Below are positions 49,201 through 62,403 of a DNA stretch of 64,000 bases, in pieces. The notes beneath the pieces were generated by a model. The model made no database searches. It saw only the letters and a program-made list of their open reading frames with translations, and was not told the DNA's origin. Position 1 is the first letter of the stretch. Every line of letters begins with the position of its first letter. This stretch comes from Eledone cirrhosa (taxonomy: Eukaryota): positions 363,320,001 to 363,384,000 of the forward strand of contig OZ024740.1 in assembly GCA_964016885.1 (NCBI GenBank). Direction: 5' to 3'. The translations under genes and the position numbers were made by a program.

Positions 49201-52200
49201 GGACCAGTATTGGGAGGGAATGTGTGTTGTGGACCAGTATTGGGAGGTAATGTGTGTTGTGGACCAGTATTGGGAGGGAATATGTGTTGTGGACCAGTAT
49301 TGGGAGGAAATGTGTGTTGTGGACAAGCATCAGGAGGTAATGTGTGTTGTGGACCAGTATTGGGAGGTAATGTGTGTTGTGGACCAGTATTGGGAGGGAA
49401 TGTGTGTTGTGGACCAGTATTGGGAGGTAATGTGTGTTGTGGACCAGTATTGGGAGGTAATGTGTGTTGTGGACCAGTATTGGGAGGTAATGTGTGTTGT
49501 GGACCAGTATTGGGAGGTAATGTGTGTTGTGGACCAGTATTGGGAGGTAATGTGTGTTGTGGACCAGTATTGGGAGGTAATGTGTGTTGTGGACCAGTAT
49601 TGGGAGGTAATGTGTGTTGTGGACCAGTATTGGGAGGTAATGTGTGTTGTGGACCAGTATTGGGAGGGAATGTGTGTTGTGGACCAGTATTGGGAGGTAA
49701 TGTGTGTTGTGGACCAGTATTGGGAGGGAATATGTGTTGTGGACCAGTATTGGGAGGAAATGTGTGTTGTGGACAAGCATCAGGAGGTAATGTGTGTTGT
49801 GGACCAGTATTGGGAGGTAATGTGTGTTGTGGACCAGTATTGGGAGGGAATGTGTGTTGTGGACCAGTATTGGGAGGTAATGTGTGTTGTGGACCAGTAT
49901 TGGGAGGTAATGTGTGTTGTGGACCAGTATTGGGAGGTAATGTGTGTTGTGGACCAGTATTGGGAGGTAATGTGTGTTGTGGACCAGTATTGGGAGGTAA
50001 TGTGTGTTGTGGACCAGTATTGGGAGGGAATGTGTGTTGTGGACCAGTATTGGGAGGTAATGTGTGTTGTGGACCAGTATTGGGAGGGAATATGTGTTGT
50101 GGACCAGTATTGGGAGGAAATGTGTGTTGTGGACAAGCATCAGGAGGTAATGTGTGTTGTGGACCAGTATTGGGAGGTAATGTGTGTTGTGGACCAGTAT
50201 TGGGAGGGAATGTATGTTGTGGACCAGTATTGGGAGGTAATGTGTGTTGTGGACCGGTATTGGGAGGTAATGTGTGTTGTGGACCAGTATTGGGAGGTAA
50301 TGTGTGTTGTGGACCAGTATTGGGAGGTAATGTGTGTTGTGGACCAGTATTGGGAGGGAATGTGTGTTGTGGACCAGTATTGGGAGGTAATGGGTGTTGT
50401 GGACCAGTATTGGGAGGGAATATGTGTTGTGGACCAGTATTGGGAGGAAATGTGTGTTGTGGACAAGCATCAGGAGGTAATGTGTGTTGTGGACCAGTAT
50501 TGGGAGGTAATGTGTGTTGTGGACCAGTATTGGGAGGGAATGTGTGTTGTGGACCAGTATTGGGAGGTAATGTGTGTTGTGGACCAGTATTGGGAGGTAA
50601 TGTGTGTTGTGGACCAGTATTGGGAGGTAATGTGTGTTGTGGACCAGTATTGGGAGGGAATGTGTGTTGTGGACCAGTATTGGGAGGTAATGTGTGTTGT
50701 GGACCAGTATTGGGAGGTAATGTGTGTTGGGGACCAGTATTGGGAGGGAATATGTGTTGTGGACCAGTATTGGGAGGAAATGTGTGTTGTGGACCAGTAT
50801 TGGGAGGTAATGTGTGTTGTGGACCAGTATTGGGAGGTAATGTGTGTTGGGGACAAGTATTGGGAGGTAATGTGTGTTGTGGACCAGCATCAGGAGGTCA
50901 TGTGTGTTGTGGACCAGTATTGGGAGGTTATGTGTGTTGAGGACCAGTATTGGGAGGTAATGTGTATTGTGGACCAGTATTGGGAGCTAATGTGTGTTGT
51001 GGACCAGTATTGGGTGGTAATGTGTGTTGCGGACCAGTATTGGGAGATTATGTGTGTTGTGGACCAGCATCAGGAGGTAATGTGTGTTGTGGACCAGTAT
51101 TGGGAGGGAATGTGTGTTGTGGACCAGTATTGGGAGGTAATGTGTATTGTGGACCAGTATTGGGAGGTAATATGTGTTGTGGACCAGTATTGGGAGGTAA
51201 TGTGTGATGTGGACCAGTATTGGGAGGTAATGTGTGTTGTGGACGAGTATTGGGAGGTAATGTGTGTTGTGGACCAGTATTGGGAGGTAATGTGTGTTGT
51301 GGACCAGCATCAGGAGCTAATGTGTGTTGTGGACCAGTATTGGGAGGTAATGTGTGTTGTGGACCAGTATTGGGAGGTAATGTGTGTTGTGGACCAGCAT
51401 CAGGAGGTAATGTGTGTTGTGGACCAGTATTGGGAGGTAATGTGTATTGTGGACCAGTATTGGGAGGTAATATGTGTTGTGGACCAGTATTGGGAGGTAA
51501 TGTGTGATGTGGACCAGTATTGGGAGGTAATGTGTGTTGTGGACGAGTATTGGGAGGTAATGTGTGTTGTGGACCAGTATTGGGAGGTAATGTGTGTTGT
51601 GGACCAGCATCAGGAGCTAATGTGTGTTGTGGACCAGTATTGGGAGGTAATGTGTGTTGTGGACCAGTATTGGGAGGTAATGTGTGTTGTGGACCAGCAT
51701 CAGGAGGTAATGTGTGTTGTGGACCAGTATTGGGAGGGAATGTGTGTTGTAGACCAGTATTGGGAGGTAATGTGTGTTGTGGACCAGTATTGGGAGGTAA
51801 CGTGTGTTGTGGACCAGTATTGGGAGGTAATGTGTGTTGTGGACCAGCATCAGGAGGTAATGTGTGTTGTGGACCAGCATCAGGAGGTAATGTGTCTTGT
51901 GGACCAGCATCAGGAGGTAATGTGTGTTGTGGACCAGTATTGGGAGGTAATGTGTATTGTGGACCAGCATCAGGAGCTAATGTGTGTTGTGGACCAGTAT
52001 TGGGAGGGAATGTGTGTTGTGGACCAGCATCAGGAGGTAATGTGTGTTGTGGACCAGTATTGGGAGGGAATGTGTGTTGTGGACCAGTATTGGGAGGTAA
52101 TGTGTGTTGTGGACCAGTATTGGGAGGTAATGTGTGTTGTGGACCAGTATTGGGAGGTAATGTGTGTTGTGGACCAGTATTGGGAGGGAATGTGTGTTGT

Positions 52201-55200
52201 GGACCAGTATTGGGAGGTAATGTGTGTTGTGGACCAGTATTGGGAGGGAATATGTGTTGTGGACCAGTATTGGGAGGAAATGTGTGTTGTGGACAAGCAT
52301 CAGGAGGTAATGTGTGTTGTGGACCAGTATTGGGAGGTAATGTGTGTTGTGGACCAGTATTGGGAGGGAATGTGTGTTGTGGACCAGTATTGGGAGGTAA
52401 TGTGTGTTGTGGACCAGTATTGGGAGGTAATGTGTGTTGTGGACCAGTATTGGGAGGTAATGTGTGTTGTGGACCAGTATTGGGAGGGAATGTGTGTTGT
52501 GAACCAGTATTGGGAGGTAATGTGTGTTGTGGACCAGTATTGGGAGGGAATATGTGTTGTGGACCAGTATTGGGAGGAAATGTGTGTTGTGGACAAGCAT
52601 CAGGAGGTAATGTGTGTTGTGGACCAGTATTGGGAGGTAATGTGTGTTGTGGACCAGTATTGGGAGGGAATGTGTGTTGTGGACCAGTATTGGGAGGTAA
52701 TGTGTGTTGTGGACCAGTATTGGGAGGTAATGTGTGTTGTGGACCAGTATTGGGAGGTAATGTGTGTTGTGGACCAGTATTGGGAGGTAATGTGTGTTGT
52801 GGACCAGTATTGGGAGGTAATGTGTGTTGTGGACCAGTATTGGGAGGGAATGTGTGTTGTGGACCAGTATTGGGAGGTAATGTGTGTTGTGGACCAGTAT
52901 TGGGAGGGAATATGTGTTGTGGACCAGTATTGGGAGGAAATGTGTGTTGTGGACAAGCATCAGGAGGTAATGTGTGTTGTGGACCAGTATTGGGAGGTAA
53001 TGTGTGTTGTGGACCAGTATTGGGAGGGAATGTGTGTTGTGGACCAGTATTGGGAGGTAATGTGTGTTGTGGACCAGTATTGGGAGGTAATGTGTGTTGT
53101 GGACCAGTATTGGGAGGTAATGTGTGTTGTGGACCAGTATTGGGAGGTAATGTGTGTTGTGGACCAGTATAGGGAGGGAATGTGTGTTGTGGACCAGTAT
53201 TGGGAGGTAATGTGTGTTGTGGACCAGTATTGGGAGGGAATATGTGTTGTGGACCAGTATTGGGAGGAAATGTGTGTTGTGGACAAGCATCAGGAGGTAA
53301 TGTGTGTTGTGGACCAGTATTGGGAGGTAATGTGTGTTGTGGACCAGTATTGGGAGGGAATGTGTGTTGTGGACCAGTATTGGGAGGTAATGTGTGTTGT
53401 GGACCAGTATTGGGAGGTAATGTGTGTTGTGGACCAGTATTGGGAGGTAATGTGTGTTGTGGACCAGTATTGGGAGGGAATGTGTGTTGTGGACCAGTAT
53501 TGGGAGGTAATGTGTGTTGTGGACCAGTATTGGGAGGTAATGTGTGTTGGGGACCAGTATTGGGAGGGAATATGTGTTGTGGACCAGTATTGGGAGGAAA
53601 TGTGTGTTGTGGACCAGTATTGGGAGGTAATGTGTGTTGTGGACCAGTATTGGGAGGTAATGTGTGTTGGGGACAAGTATTGGGAGGTAATGTGTGTTGT
53701 GGACCAGCATCAGGAGGTCATGTGTGTTGTGGACCAGTATTGGGAGGTTATGTGTGTTGAGGACCAGTATTGGGAGGTAATGTGTATTGTGGACCAGTAT
53801 TGGGAGCTAATGTGTGTTGTGGACCAGTATTGGGTGGTAATGTGTGTTGCGGACCAGTATTGGGAGATTATGTGTGTTGTGGACCAGCATCAGGAGGTAA
53901 TGTGTGTTGTGGACCAGTATTGGGAGGGAATGTGTGTTGTGGACCAGTATTGGGAGGTAATGTGTATTGTGGACCAGTATTGGGAGGTAATATGTGTTGT
54001 GGACCAGTATTGGGAGGTAATGTGTGTTGTGGAACAGTATTGGGAGGTAATGTGTGTTGTGGACCAGCATCAGGAGGTAATGTGTGTTGTGGACCAGCAT
54101 CAGGAGGTAATGTGTCTTGTGGACCAGCATCAGGAGGTAATGTGTGTTGTGGACCAGTATTGGGAGGTAATGTGTGTTGTGGACGAGTATTGGGAGGTAA
54201 TGTGTGTTGTGGACCAGTATTGGGAGGTAATGTGTGTTGTGGACCAGTATTGGGAGGTAATGTGTGTTGTGGACCAGCATCAAGAGGTAATATGTGTTGT
54301 GGACCAGTATTGGGAGGTAATGTGTGTTGTGGACCAGTATTGGGAGGTAATGTGTGTTGTGGACCAGCATTGGCAGGTAATGTGTGTTGTGGACCAGTAT
54401 TGGGAGGTTATGTGTGTTGGGCACCAGCATCAGGAGGTAATGTGTGTTTTGGACCAGTATTGGGAGGTAATGTGCGTTGTGGACCAGTATTGGGAGGTAA
54501 TGTGTGTTGGGGACCAGTATTGGGAGGCTATGTGTGTTGTGGACCAGTATTGGGAGGGAATGTGTGTTGTGGACCAGTATCGGGAGGTAATGTGTATTGT
54601 GGACCAGTATTGGGAGGTAATGTGTGTTGTGGGCCAGTATTGGGAGGTAATGTGTGTTGTGGACCAGCATCAGGAGGTAATGTGTGTTGTGGACCAGTAT
54701 TGGGAGGTAATGTGTGTTGTGAACCAGTATTGGGAGGTAATGTGTGTTGTGGACCAGCATTGGGAGGGAATGTGTGTTGTGGACCAGTATTGGGAGGTAA
54801 TGTGTATTGTGGACCAGCATTGGGAGGTAATGTGTGTTGTGGACCAGCATCAGGAGGTAATGTGTTGTGGACCAGTATTGGGAGGGAATGTGTGTTGTGG
54901 ACCAGCATCAGGAGGTAATGTGTGTTGTGGACCAGTATTGGGAGGTAATGTGTGTTGTGGACCATTATTGGGAGGTAATGTGTATTGTGGACCAGCATCA
55001 GGAGCTAATGTGTGTTGTGGACCAGTATTGGGAGGGAATGTGTGTTGTGGACCAGTATTGGGAGGTAATGTGTGTTGTGGACCAGCATCAGGAGGTAATG
55101 TGTGTTGTGGACCAGTATTGGGAGGGAATGTGTGTTGTGGACCAGTATTGGGAGGTAATGTGTGTTGTGGACCAGTATTGGGAGGTAATGTGTGTTGTGG

Positions 55201-58200
55201 ACCAGTATTGGGAGGTAATGTGTGTTGTGGACCAGTATTGGGAGGGAATGTGTGTTGTGGACCAGTATTGGGAGGTAATGTGTGTTGTGGACCAGTATTG
55301 GGAGGTAATGTGTGTTGTGGACCAGTATTGGGAGGGAATGTGTGTTGTGGACCAGTATTGGGAGGTAATGTGTGTTGTGGACCAGTATTGGGAGGGAATA
55401 TGTGTTGTGGACCAGTATTGGGAGGGAATGTGTGTTGTGGACCAGTATTGGGAGGTAATGTGTGTTGTGGACCAGTATTGGGAGGTAATGTGTGTTGTGG
55501 ACCAGTATTGGGAGGTAATGTGTGTTGTGGACCAGTATTGGGAGGTAATGTGTGTTGTGGACCAGTATTGGGAGGTAATGTGTGTTGTGGACCAGTATTG
55601 GGAGGGAATGTGTGTTGTGGACCAGTATTGGGAGGTAATGTGTGTTGTGGACCAGTATTGGGAGGGAATATGTGTTATGGACCAGTATTGGGAGGAAATG
55701 TGTGTTGTGGACAAGCATCAGGAGGTAATGTGTGTTGTGGACCAGTATTGGGAGGTAATGTGTGTTGTGGACCAGTATTGGGAGGGAATGTGTGTTGTGG
55801 ACCAGTATTGGGAGGTAATGTGTGTTGTGGACCAGTATTGGGAGGTGATGTGTGTTGTGGACCAGTATTGGGAGGGAATGTGTGTTGTGGACCAGTATTG
55901 GGAGGTAATGTGTGTTGTGGACCAGTATTGGGAGGTAATGTGTGTTGGGGACCAGTATTGGGAGGGAATATGTGTTGTGGACCAGCATCAGGAGGTAATG
56001 TGTGTTGTGGACCAGTATTGGGAGGGAATGTGTGTTGTTGACCAGTATTGGGAGGTAATGTGTGTTGTGGTCCATTATTGGGATGTAATGTGTGTTGTGG
56101 ACCAGCATCAGGAGCTAATGTGTGTTGTGGACCAGTATTGGGAGGGAATGTGTGTTGTGGACCAGTATTGGGAGGTAATGTGTGTTGTGGACCAGCATCA
56201 GGAGGTAATGTGTGTTGTGGACAAGTATTGGGAGGTAATGTGTGTTGTGGACCAGTATTGGGAGGGAATGTGTGTTGTGGACCAGTATTGGGAGGTAATG
56301 TGTGTTGTGGACCAGTATTGGGAGGTAATGTGTGTTGGGGACCAGTATTGGGAGGTAATGTGTGTTGTGGACCAGCATCAGGAGGTAATGTGTGTTGGGG
56401 ACCAGTATTGGGAGGTAATGTGTGTTGTGGACCAGTATTGGGAGGTAATGTGTGTTGTGGACCAGCATCAGGAGGTAATGTGTGTTGGGGACCAGTATTG
56501 GGAGGTAATGTGTGTTGTGGACCAGCATCAGGAGGTAATGTGTGTTGTGGACCAGTATTGGGAGGTAATGTGTGTTGTGGACCAGTATTGGGAGGTAATG
56601 TGTGTTGTGGACCAGTATTGGGAGGTAATGTGTGTTGTGGACCAGTATTGGGAGGGAATATGTGTTGTGGACCAGTATTGGGAGGTAATGTGTGTTGTGG
56701 ACCAGCATCAGGAGGTAATGTGTGTTGTTGACCAGCATTGGGAGGAAATGTGTGTTGTGGACAAGCATCAGGAGGTAATGTGTGTTGTGGACCAGTATTG
56801 GGAGGTAATGTGTGTTGTGGACCAGTATTGGGAGGTAATGTGTGTTGTGGACCAGTATTGGGAGGGAATGTGTGTTGTGGACCAGTATTGGGAGGTAATG
56901 TGTGTTGTGGACCAGTATTGGGAGGTAATGTGTGTTGTGGACCAGTATTGGGCGGTAATGTGTGTTGGGGACCAGTATTGAGAGGTTATGTGTGTTGTGG
57001 ACCAGTATTGGGAGGGAATGTGTGTTGTGGACCAGTATTGGGCGGTAATGTGTGTTGGGGACCAGTATTGGGAGGTAATGTGTGTTGTGGACCAGTATTG
57101 GGAGGTAACGTGTGTTGTGGACCAGCATCAGGAGGTAATATGTGTTGTGGACCAGTATTGGGAGGGAATGTGTGTTGTGGACCAGTATTGGGAGGTAATA
57201 TGTGTTGTGGACCAGTATTGGGAGGTAATGTGTGTTGTGGACCAGCATCAGGAGGTAATGTGTGTTGTGGACCAGTATTGGGAGGGAATGTGTGTTGTGG
57301 ACCAGTATTGGGAGGTAATGTGTGTTGTGGACCAGTATTGGGAGGTAATGTGTGTTGGGGACCAGTATTGGGAAGTAATGTGTGTTGTGCACCAGCATCA
57401 GGAGGTAATGTGTGTTGTGGACCAGTATTGGGAGGTAATGTGTGTTGTCGACCAGTATTGGGAGGTAATGTGTGTTGTGGACCAGTATTGGGAGGTAATG
57501 TGTGTTGTGGACCAGCATTGGCAGGTAATGTGTGTTGTGGACCAGTATTGGGAGGTTATGTGTGTTGGGGACCAGTATTGGGAGGTAATGTGTATTGTGG
57601 ACCAGTATTGGGAGCTAATGTGTGTTGTGGACCAGTATTGGGCGGTAATGTGTGTTGGGGACCAGTATTGAGAGGTTATGTGTGTTGTGGACCAGTATTG
57701 GGAGGGAATGTGTGTTGTGGACCAGTATTGGGCGGTAATGTGTGTTGGGGACCAGTATTGGGAGGTAATGTGTGTTGTGGACCAGTATTGGGAGGTAACG
57801 TGTGTTGTGGACCAGCATCAGGAGGTAATATGTGTTGTGGACCAGTATTGGGAGGGAATGTGTGTTGTGGACCAGTATTGGGAGGTAATATGTGTTGTGG
57901 ACCAGTATTGGGAGGTAATGTGTGTTGTGGACCAGTATTGGGAGGTAATGTGTATTGTGGACCAGTATTGGGAGGTAATGTGTGTTGTGGACCAGTATTG
58001 GGAGGTAATATGTGTTGTGGACCAGTATTGGGAGGTAATGTGTGTTGTGGATCAGTATTGGGAGGTAATATGTGTTGTGGACCAGTATTGGGATGTAATG
58101 TGTGTTGTGGACCAGTATTGGGATGTAATGTGTGTTGTGGACCAGTATCAGGAGGTAATGTGTGTTGTGGACCAGTATTGGGAGGTAATGTGTGTTGTGG

Positions 58201-58449
58201 ACCAGTATTGGGAGGTAATATGTGTTGTGGACCAGTATTGGGAGGTAATGTGTGTTGTGGACCAGCATCAGGAGGTAATGTGTGTTGTGGACCAGTATTG
58301 GGAGGTAATGTGTGTTGTGGACCAGCATCAGGAGGTAATGTGTGTTGTGGAGCAGCATCAGGAGGTAATGTGTGTTGTGGACCAGTATTGGGAGGTTATG
58401 TGTGATGTGGACCAATATTGGGAGGTTATGTGTGATGTGGACCAGTATT
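46271..58449. repeat. 30-bp tandem satellite, ~400 copies, consensus GTGGACCAGTATTGGGAGGTAATGTGTGTT
   Basis: Direct reading: ~12.2 kb / 30 bp. Two 28-bp units at ~48860 and ~54860; recurrent variant ...CCAGCATCAGGAGG... Confidence 0.99.
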
Positions 58450-58702
58450 TTGAATAAAATTGGGAAGATGTATTGGTGTGGTGTTTCTCAACCATGTTGC
58501 TGTAATATTTTCAATGGCGTCCTGGAGATCTCCTTTGCTTTCACTTTCAAAACAACAACCATCATCAGATGAACAATCAGAGAATATATAAATCTGATTC
58601 ATTTGAAGATAAGCCACTAATATTATCTTTTGTTTCTTCTTCATTTTGGATGCCATCGTGTGTAAAACTTTCAAAGTCAATACCGTTACTTTCACAAGCC
58701 AT
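58450..58702 (-). pseudogene. piggyBac transposase N-terminus (acidic), frameshifted
   Basis: ATG at 58702: MACESNGIDFESF..SSNESD.., then ATWLRNTTPIHLPNFIQNTGP running into the satellite. Confidence 0.75.
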
Positions 58703-59280
58703 GTTGATACAAACAAAAAAATCTGTTGTACTTTCAACATTAAAAAAACATGTGTTGTTTCAAGCTGTTTCACTATAATAATTTTAATTTTCATAGTAAA
58801 GGCCTTATCTCGCAGTAATCACAAATTAACGAGAGTTTGATGATGGTACTGTTTATTTTTAGAACAATATTTTAGTGTGGGTGTTGTTGGCCGGTTTGAA
58901 CAAATAAAAGGGAAATAATTTTGGCCAGTTTTAGCCATTTTGAACACTAAAGGGCTAAGGAAACAATGTTTTTGTTGATCTTTCCATTACTATCTATCTG
59001 TTGGTTATTAGATAGAACCAAGGAAACAACCTTTCTATTGGTCTTTGCATTGCTGATATTAAATACCCATCACAGCACCTAGCAAAAGAAAGGAATCAAT
59101 CATCAGATAACATTAAGAAACTGTTTCCATTGGTCTTTCTATAGCTGATACTAACTGCCTGTTAAACCTCCTGGCAGAAAAAAGGAGCCAATTGTTAGAT
59201 TAGCCCAAGGAAACTATGTTTCTGTTAATCTTTCCATTGCTAATACTATCTGTTAGTTGTAACTCCTAGAAGAAGGAGCA

Positions 59281-59795
59281 ATCATCATCCTCATCATTTT
59301 ACGTCCGCTTTTCCCTGCTTGCAAGGGTTGGATGGGTCCTATTCAGCACAGCATCTCTCCACCTGTCACGGTCCTTCGTCATCTCATCCGTGAGTTTCAG
59401 CGATCTGAGGTCTGCTCTCACCACCTCCGCCCATGTTTTTCGTGGTCTACCTCTACTGCGTCTTCCCTCCACTGGGACTTCCTGGCACTTCTTCACCCAT
59501 CGGTCTTCCTCCATGCGCATTATATGTCCATACCATCTCAGCCTTCTCTCTTGCACACCACAACTTATTCCTCTTATACCCAGTTTCATTCTCAACTCGT
59601 CTACGCTTGGTCGTTCACGCACATTGATATTGCACATCCAACGGAGCAAACTTGCTTCATTTCTCTCCAGCCATCACATATCTTCTGCAGTTGCTGCCCA
59701 TGTCTCACTACCATGTAGCACCGCGCATCTCACACAGGCATCATATAACTGTCCTTTCGTATGCAGGGAGAAACCCTTCTTTGTCAACAGCAATG
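59281..59795 (-). mobile_element. RTE LINE 3' end with (GAT)n tail
   Basis: [37 protein letters not shown]; its 3' end is shared with the SINEs. Confidence 0.88.
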
Positions 59796-59938
59796 TGAAA
59801 TAAAATATTTAATTAATAACAAAACATGCTGCTGAGTCCAAGAATTGAATCTATGAACTTATGATCATGATTCCAACACCCTAACTACTAGGCAACCATG
59901 CCTTCACAACAAAACAAAGATAAAATAAAAATACTTAC

Positions 59939-60208
59939 CAGCCATGATATAGCTGATTGTTGAATATGGAGTGAAATGGAAATCTTCTTTTAGGTATCCT
60001 TTCATCAGCATCATAGCTATCATTCTCTCACAGGTCTCTCTCGTTAAGGTGGGTGCCTTTATCTCTTTTACGCGGAGAGCTGGACTTCCTTTACCAAACC
60101 AAGCATCCACCAATTTTGTCAAAGTGTGGAACTGTTCTATCTGCTGACCATGCTTTACCAAAGTCAGAATATCTTTGGCATACTTGTTGACATTCTTTGT
60201 TTTAATTG
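59939..60208 (-). CDS. RECQL: RecQ-like helicase 1, penultimate coding exon (RQC winged helix)
   Basis: TLTKLVDAWFGKGSPALRVKEIKAPTLTRETCERMIAMMLMKGYLKEDFHFTPYSTISYI resembles human RECQL (KLIDSWMGKG..LRV..APTLPRE..YLKEDYSFTAYATISY). Acceptor tttcattggcag and donor G|gtaagt, both phase 1. Confidence 0.92.
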
Positions 60209-60899
60209 CTGCCAATGAAAAAACATTCATATTAATATTTTTTTTTATCAAACCATTGCTCTTAGAAAGGGCCTAGCCTAGTAATCTATGTGCTGCCATC
60301 ACTGTATGATGGCAGAAGATGCTCAGCCTTGGTCATGTGCTACACATGTCCATGAGGAGACCAATAAAGGAAGGACATATGAGTCAAACCAGACCAGTCC
60401 CTGGCTTGGGAGGTCTACCGGAAAAGGAATTCAAGGAAGAGATTGGTTTAAATGCCAAGAAAATGTAATACTGTTAACTTATGCTAGATTGCTACAGATG
60501 TATAAATGCAACTTATGAAGTAGCTATTGGTTCAGCTGAATATTCTCTCCATCTGTAGCTCCTCTCATACACACTTTACATATAAATATAGCTGTCACAT
60601 TATTTAATAATCCCCTCACACTACTACATATTCATATTGTATGTTTAATTGAGTTCACTCCAATACCATTCCTGTTTTTGCCAACTTATTAAATGCTTTA
60701 CCACTTACCATCACCTTCATAATTTTGCCTTTATACACTACTTCTACCTATTTATCTTCACCCTCAGTCCATCCATACATAATCTCTGCTATTAATACCA
60801 AGTCACCAACATGCAGTAAATCCCATGATAAAAACCTTGTTTACACTTTGGGCTAGTACCTCCATCATAAATATAGTAGTGGCCTTAATACTGACATCT

Positions 60900-61240
60900 G
60901 GTGTACTCCAACCTTCAATTCAAACTTGTCACTGTTCCATGCTCAAAGAGAGGAAGACAAACAATAAATTGCAGGAGATGACAAGCATAAAGCCAGTAAT
61001 GAATGTTGTGAAGAGAAATGGAATGAGATGGTTGGGTCATGTGTTGAGGGAGAATGAAAGTGACTGTGTGAGAATGAATAGAGCCAGTGATGAATGGGGA
61101 GGTAGAAGAAGGGGAAGAACAGGAAAGACATGGCTAAAAATGATAGAGAAGGAAATGAAAACCAAGGGATGATGTAGGGAGATGCAGGTGATAGAGCAAG
61201 GTTAACTCTTGCTTTAGCAGATAAAATGGCCTTAAAATGC
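60900..61240 (+). mobile_element. RTE-like LINE 3' fragment
   Basis: MRWLGHVLRE..GRRRGRTGKTW; similar to 6040-6290. Confidence 0.7.
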
Positions 61241-62403
61241 TTTGTGTTGTTGTATATAATTATGTAATATAAACAAGTAGCACTTGTTTATATTACATAA
61301 AAATACATAAAAGCATATTATGTTCATAAGTACATAAAAGCATATTATGAGTGTAGAATGCTTAATAAAAAGGAAATGGTAATTATACTGGTCTCATCAT
61401 AACAGTTCTAAAACTGATGCTCTTAAAAACCAATACCACCCACCTGAACCCCCCATTGTTTCTATGATTCAAAACCAATTTAAAGTGTCCATATTTAAAT
61501 TTAAAAACTCCAATATAATTTTATATAAGAACCTTGTGTTACGTTATGTTCCAAACATGAGCTTAAGACTTTTGATTCAAGATAGTCAGAAACTAACCCT
61601 GATTCTATGATACAAATCTGTTTATTTTAAAGTGTTTATATTTATCTAATAAAAATTACTATCATAATTTAATGTAAGAATTATTATAATGTCCCAAACA
61701 TCATCTTAATAATCAGAGCCTTAGTCATAATAATTATTAAGCCTTGATTATTTTCAAAATTATTTGAAACTTATAGGCACTGTCTTTCATTAGAAATACA
61801 GTAACACAAAGGTTAATGAGTTATATTGTTGTCAAATCATTTAAATCTTTTTGTGTTCCAAACTTCAGTTATTAATTATCTCACATTGAAGTGCTGTACA
61901 AATACAACAATGTTTGTTTACATAAAATTGTAGTGAGGTGTGGTGTGGTGTGATGTGGTGTGTGAGGCATGAAGTCTTGCAGAGTGATGGTAAAATGTGA
62001 AACTAACACTGAAAACATACCACACACACTCAGTTTGTGACTTGTAGGTTCTAATTCAAAATCATACCAAAGTTAGCCAATTGCAGCTTTGTTATTTTTT
62101 ATGACAAATCAGTCAAGTTGGTGGGGAGGGGCCGTACTAATACTGATAGTGTTAATGGTGGGTAAAATATTTTGTAAAATAACACGGCCATTTTTGTTGT
62201 TATTTGTGGTGAAAGTAATACTACTAAATTTCCTAACGCATGTTAAGTACTTTTTAACTACTTTAAGTAGACAAGTTTTCTTTCTTTCATTTCATTTAAA
62301 TATGACATTAAGGGCTGATAATTCTGATATTTATTTATTTACTGTCGGCTGGAACACATAATAGAGTAATAGTTATATACACACACACACATATATATAT
62401 ATA

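Larger units (their letters stand above)
45096..58954 (-). mobile_element. Defective piggyBac (PGBD4-like) element with ~370-bp inverted ends and an internal satellite
   Basis: TTAA|TCCTTTAGTGTTCAAA ... TTTGAACACTAAAGGG|CTAA. Transposase motifs LDYFLLF..KEINRYA, DPLYKVKPLI, PGKNLSVDEAMIGYKGRVHFRQYMPAKPTKWGIKVW and IYFDCFF. Confidence 0.9.

Noticed and set aside
46271-58449. CRISPR array
   Set aside because: Units are head-to-tail with no unique spacers; there are no cas genes and the context is eukaryotic.
46060-58457. Giant ORFs up to 2390 aa (MCVVDQYWEV, CCGPVLGGNV, LVHNTHYLPI repeats) as real proteins
   Set aside because: A 30-bp unit without stops is open in most frames on both strands. 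The ORFs switch frame at the 2-bp deletions and lie inside an intron and a transposon.
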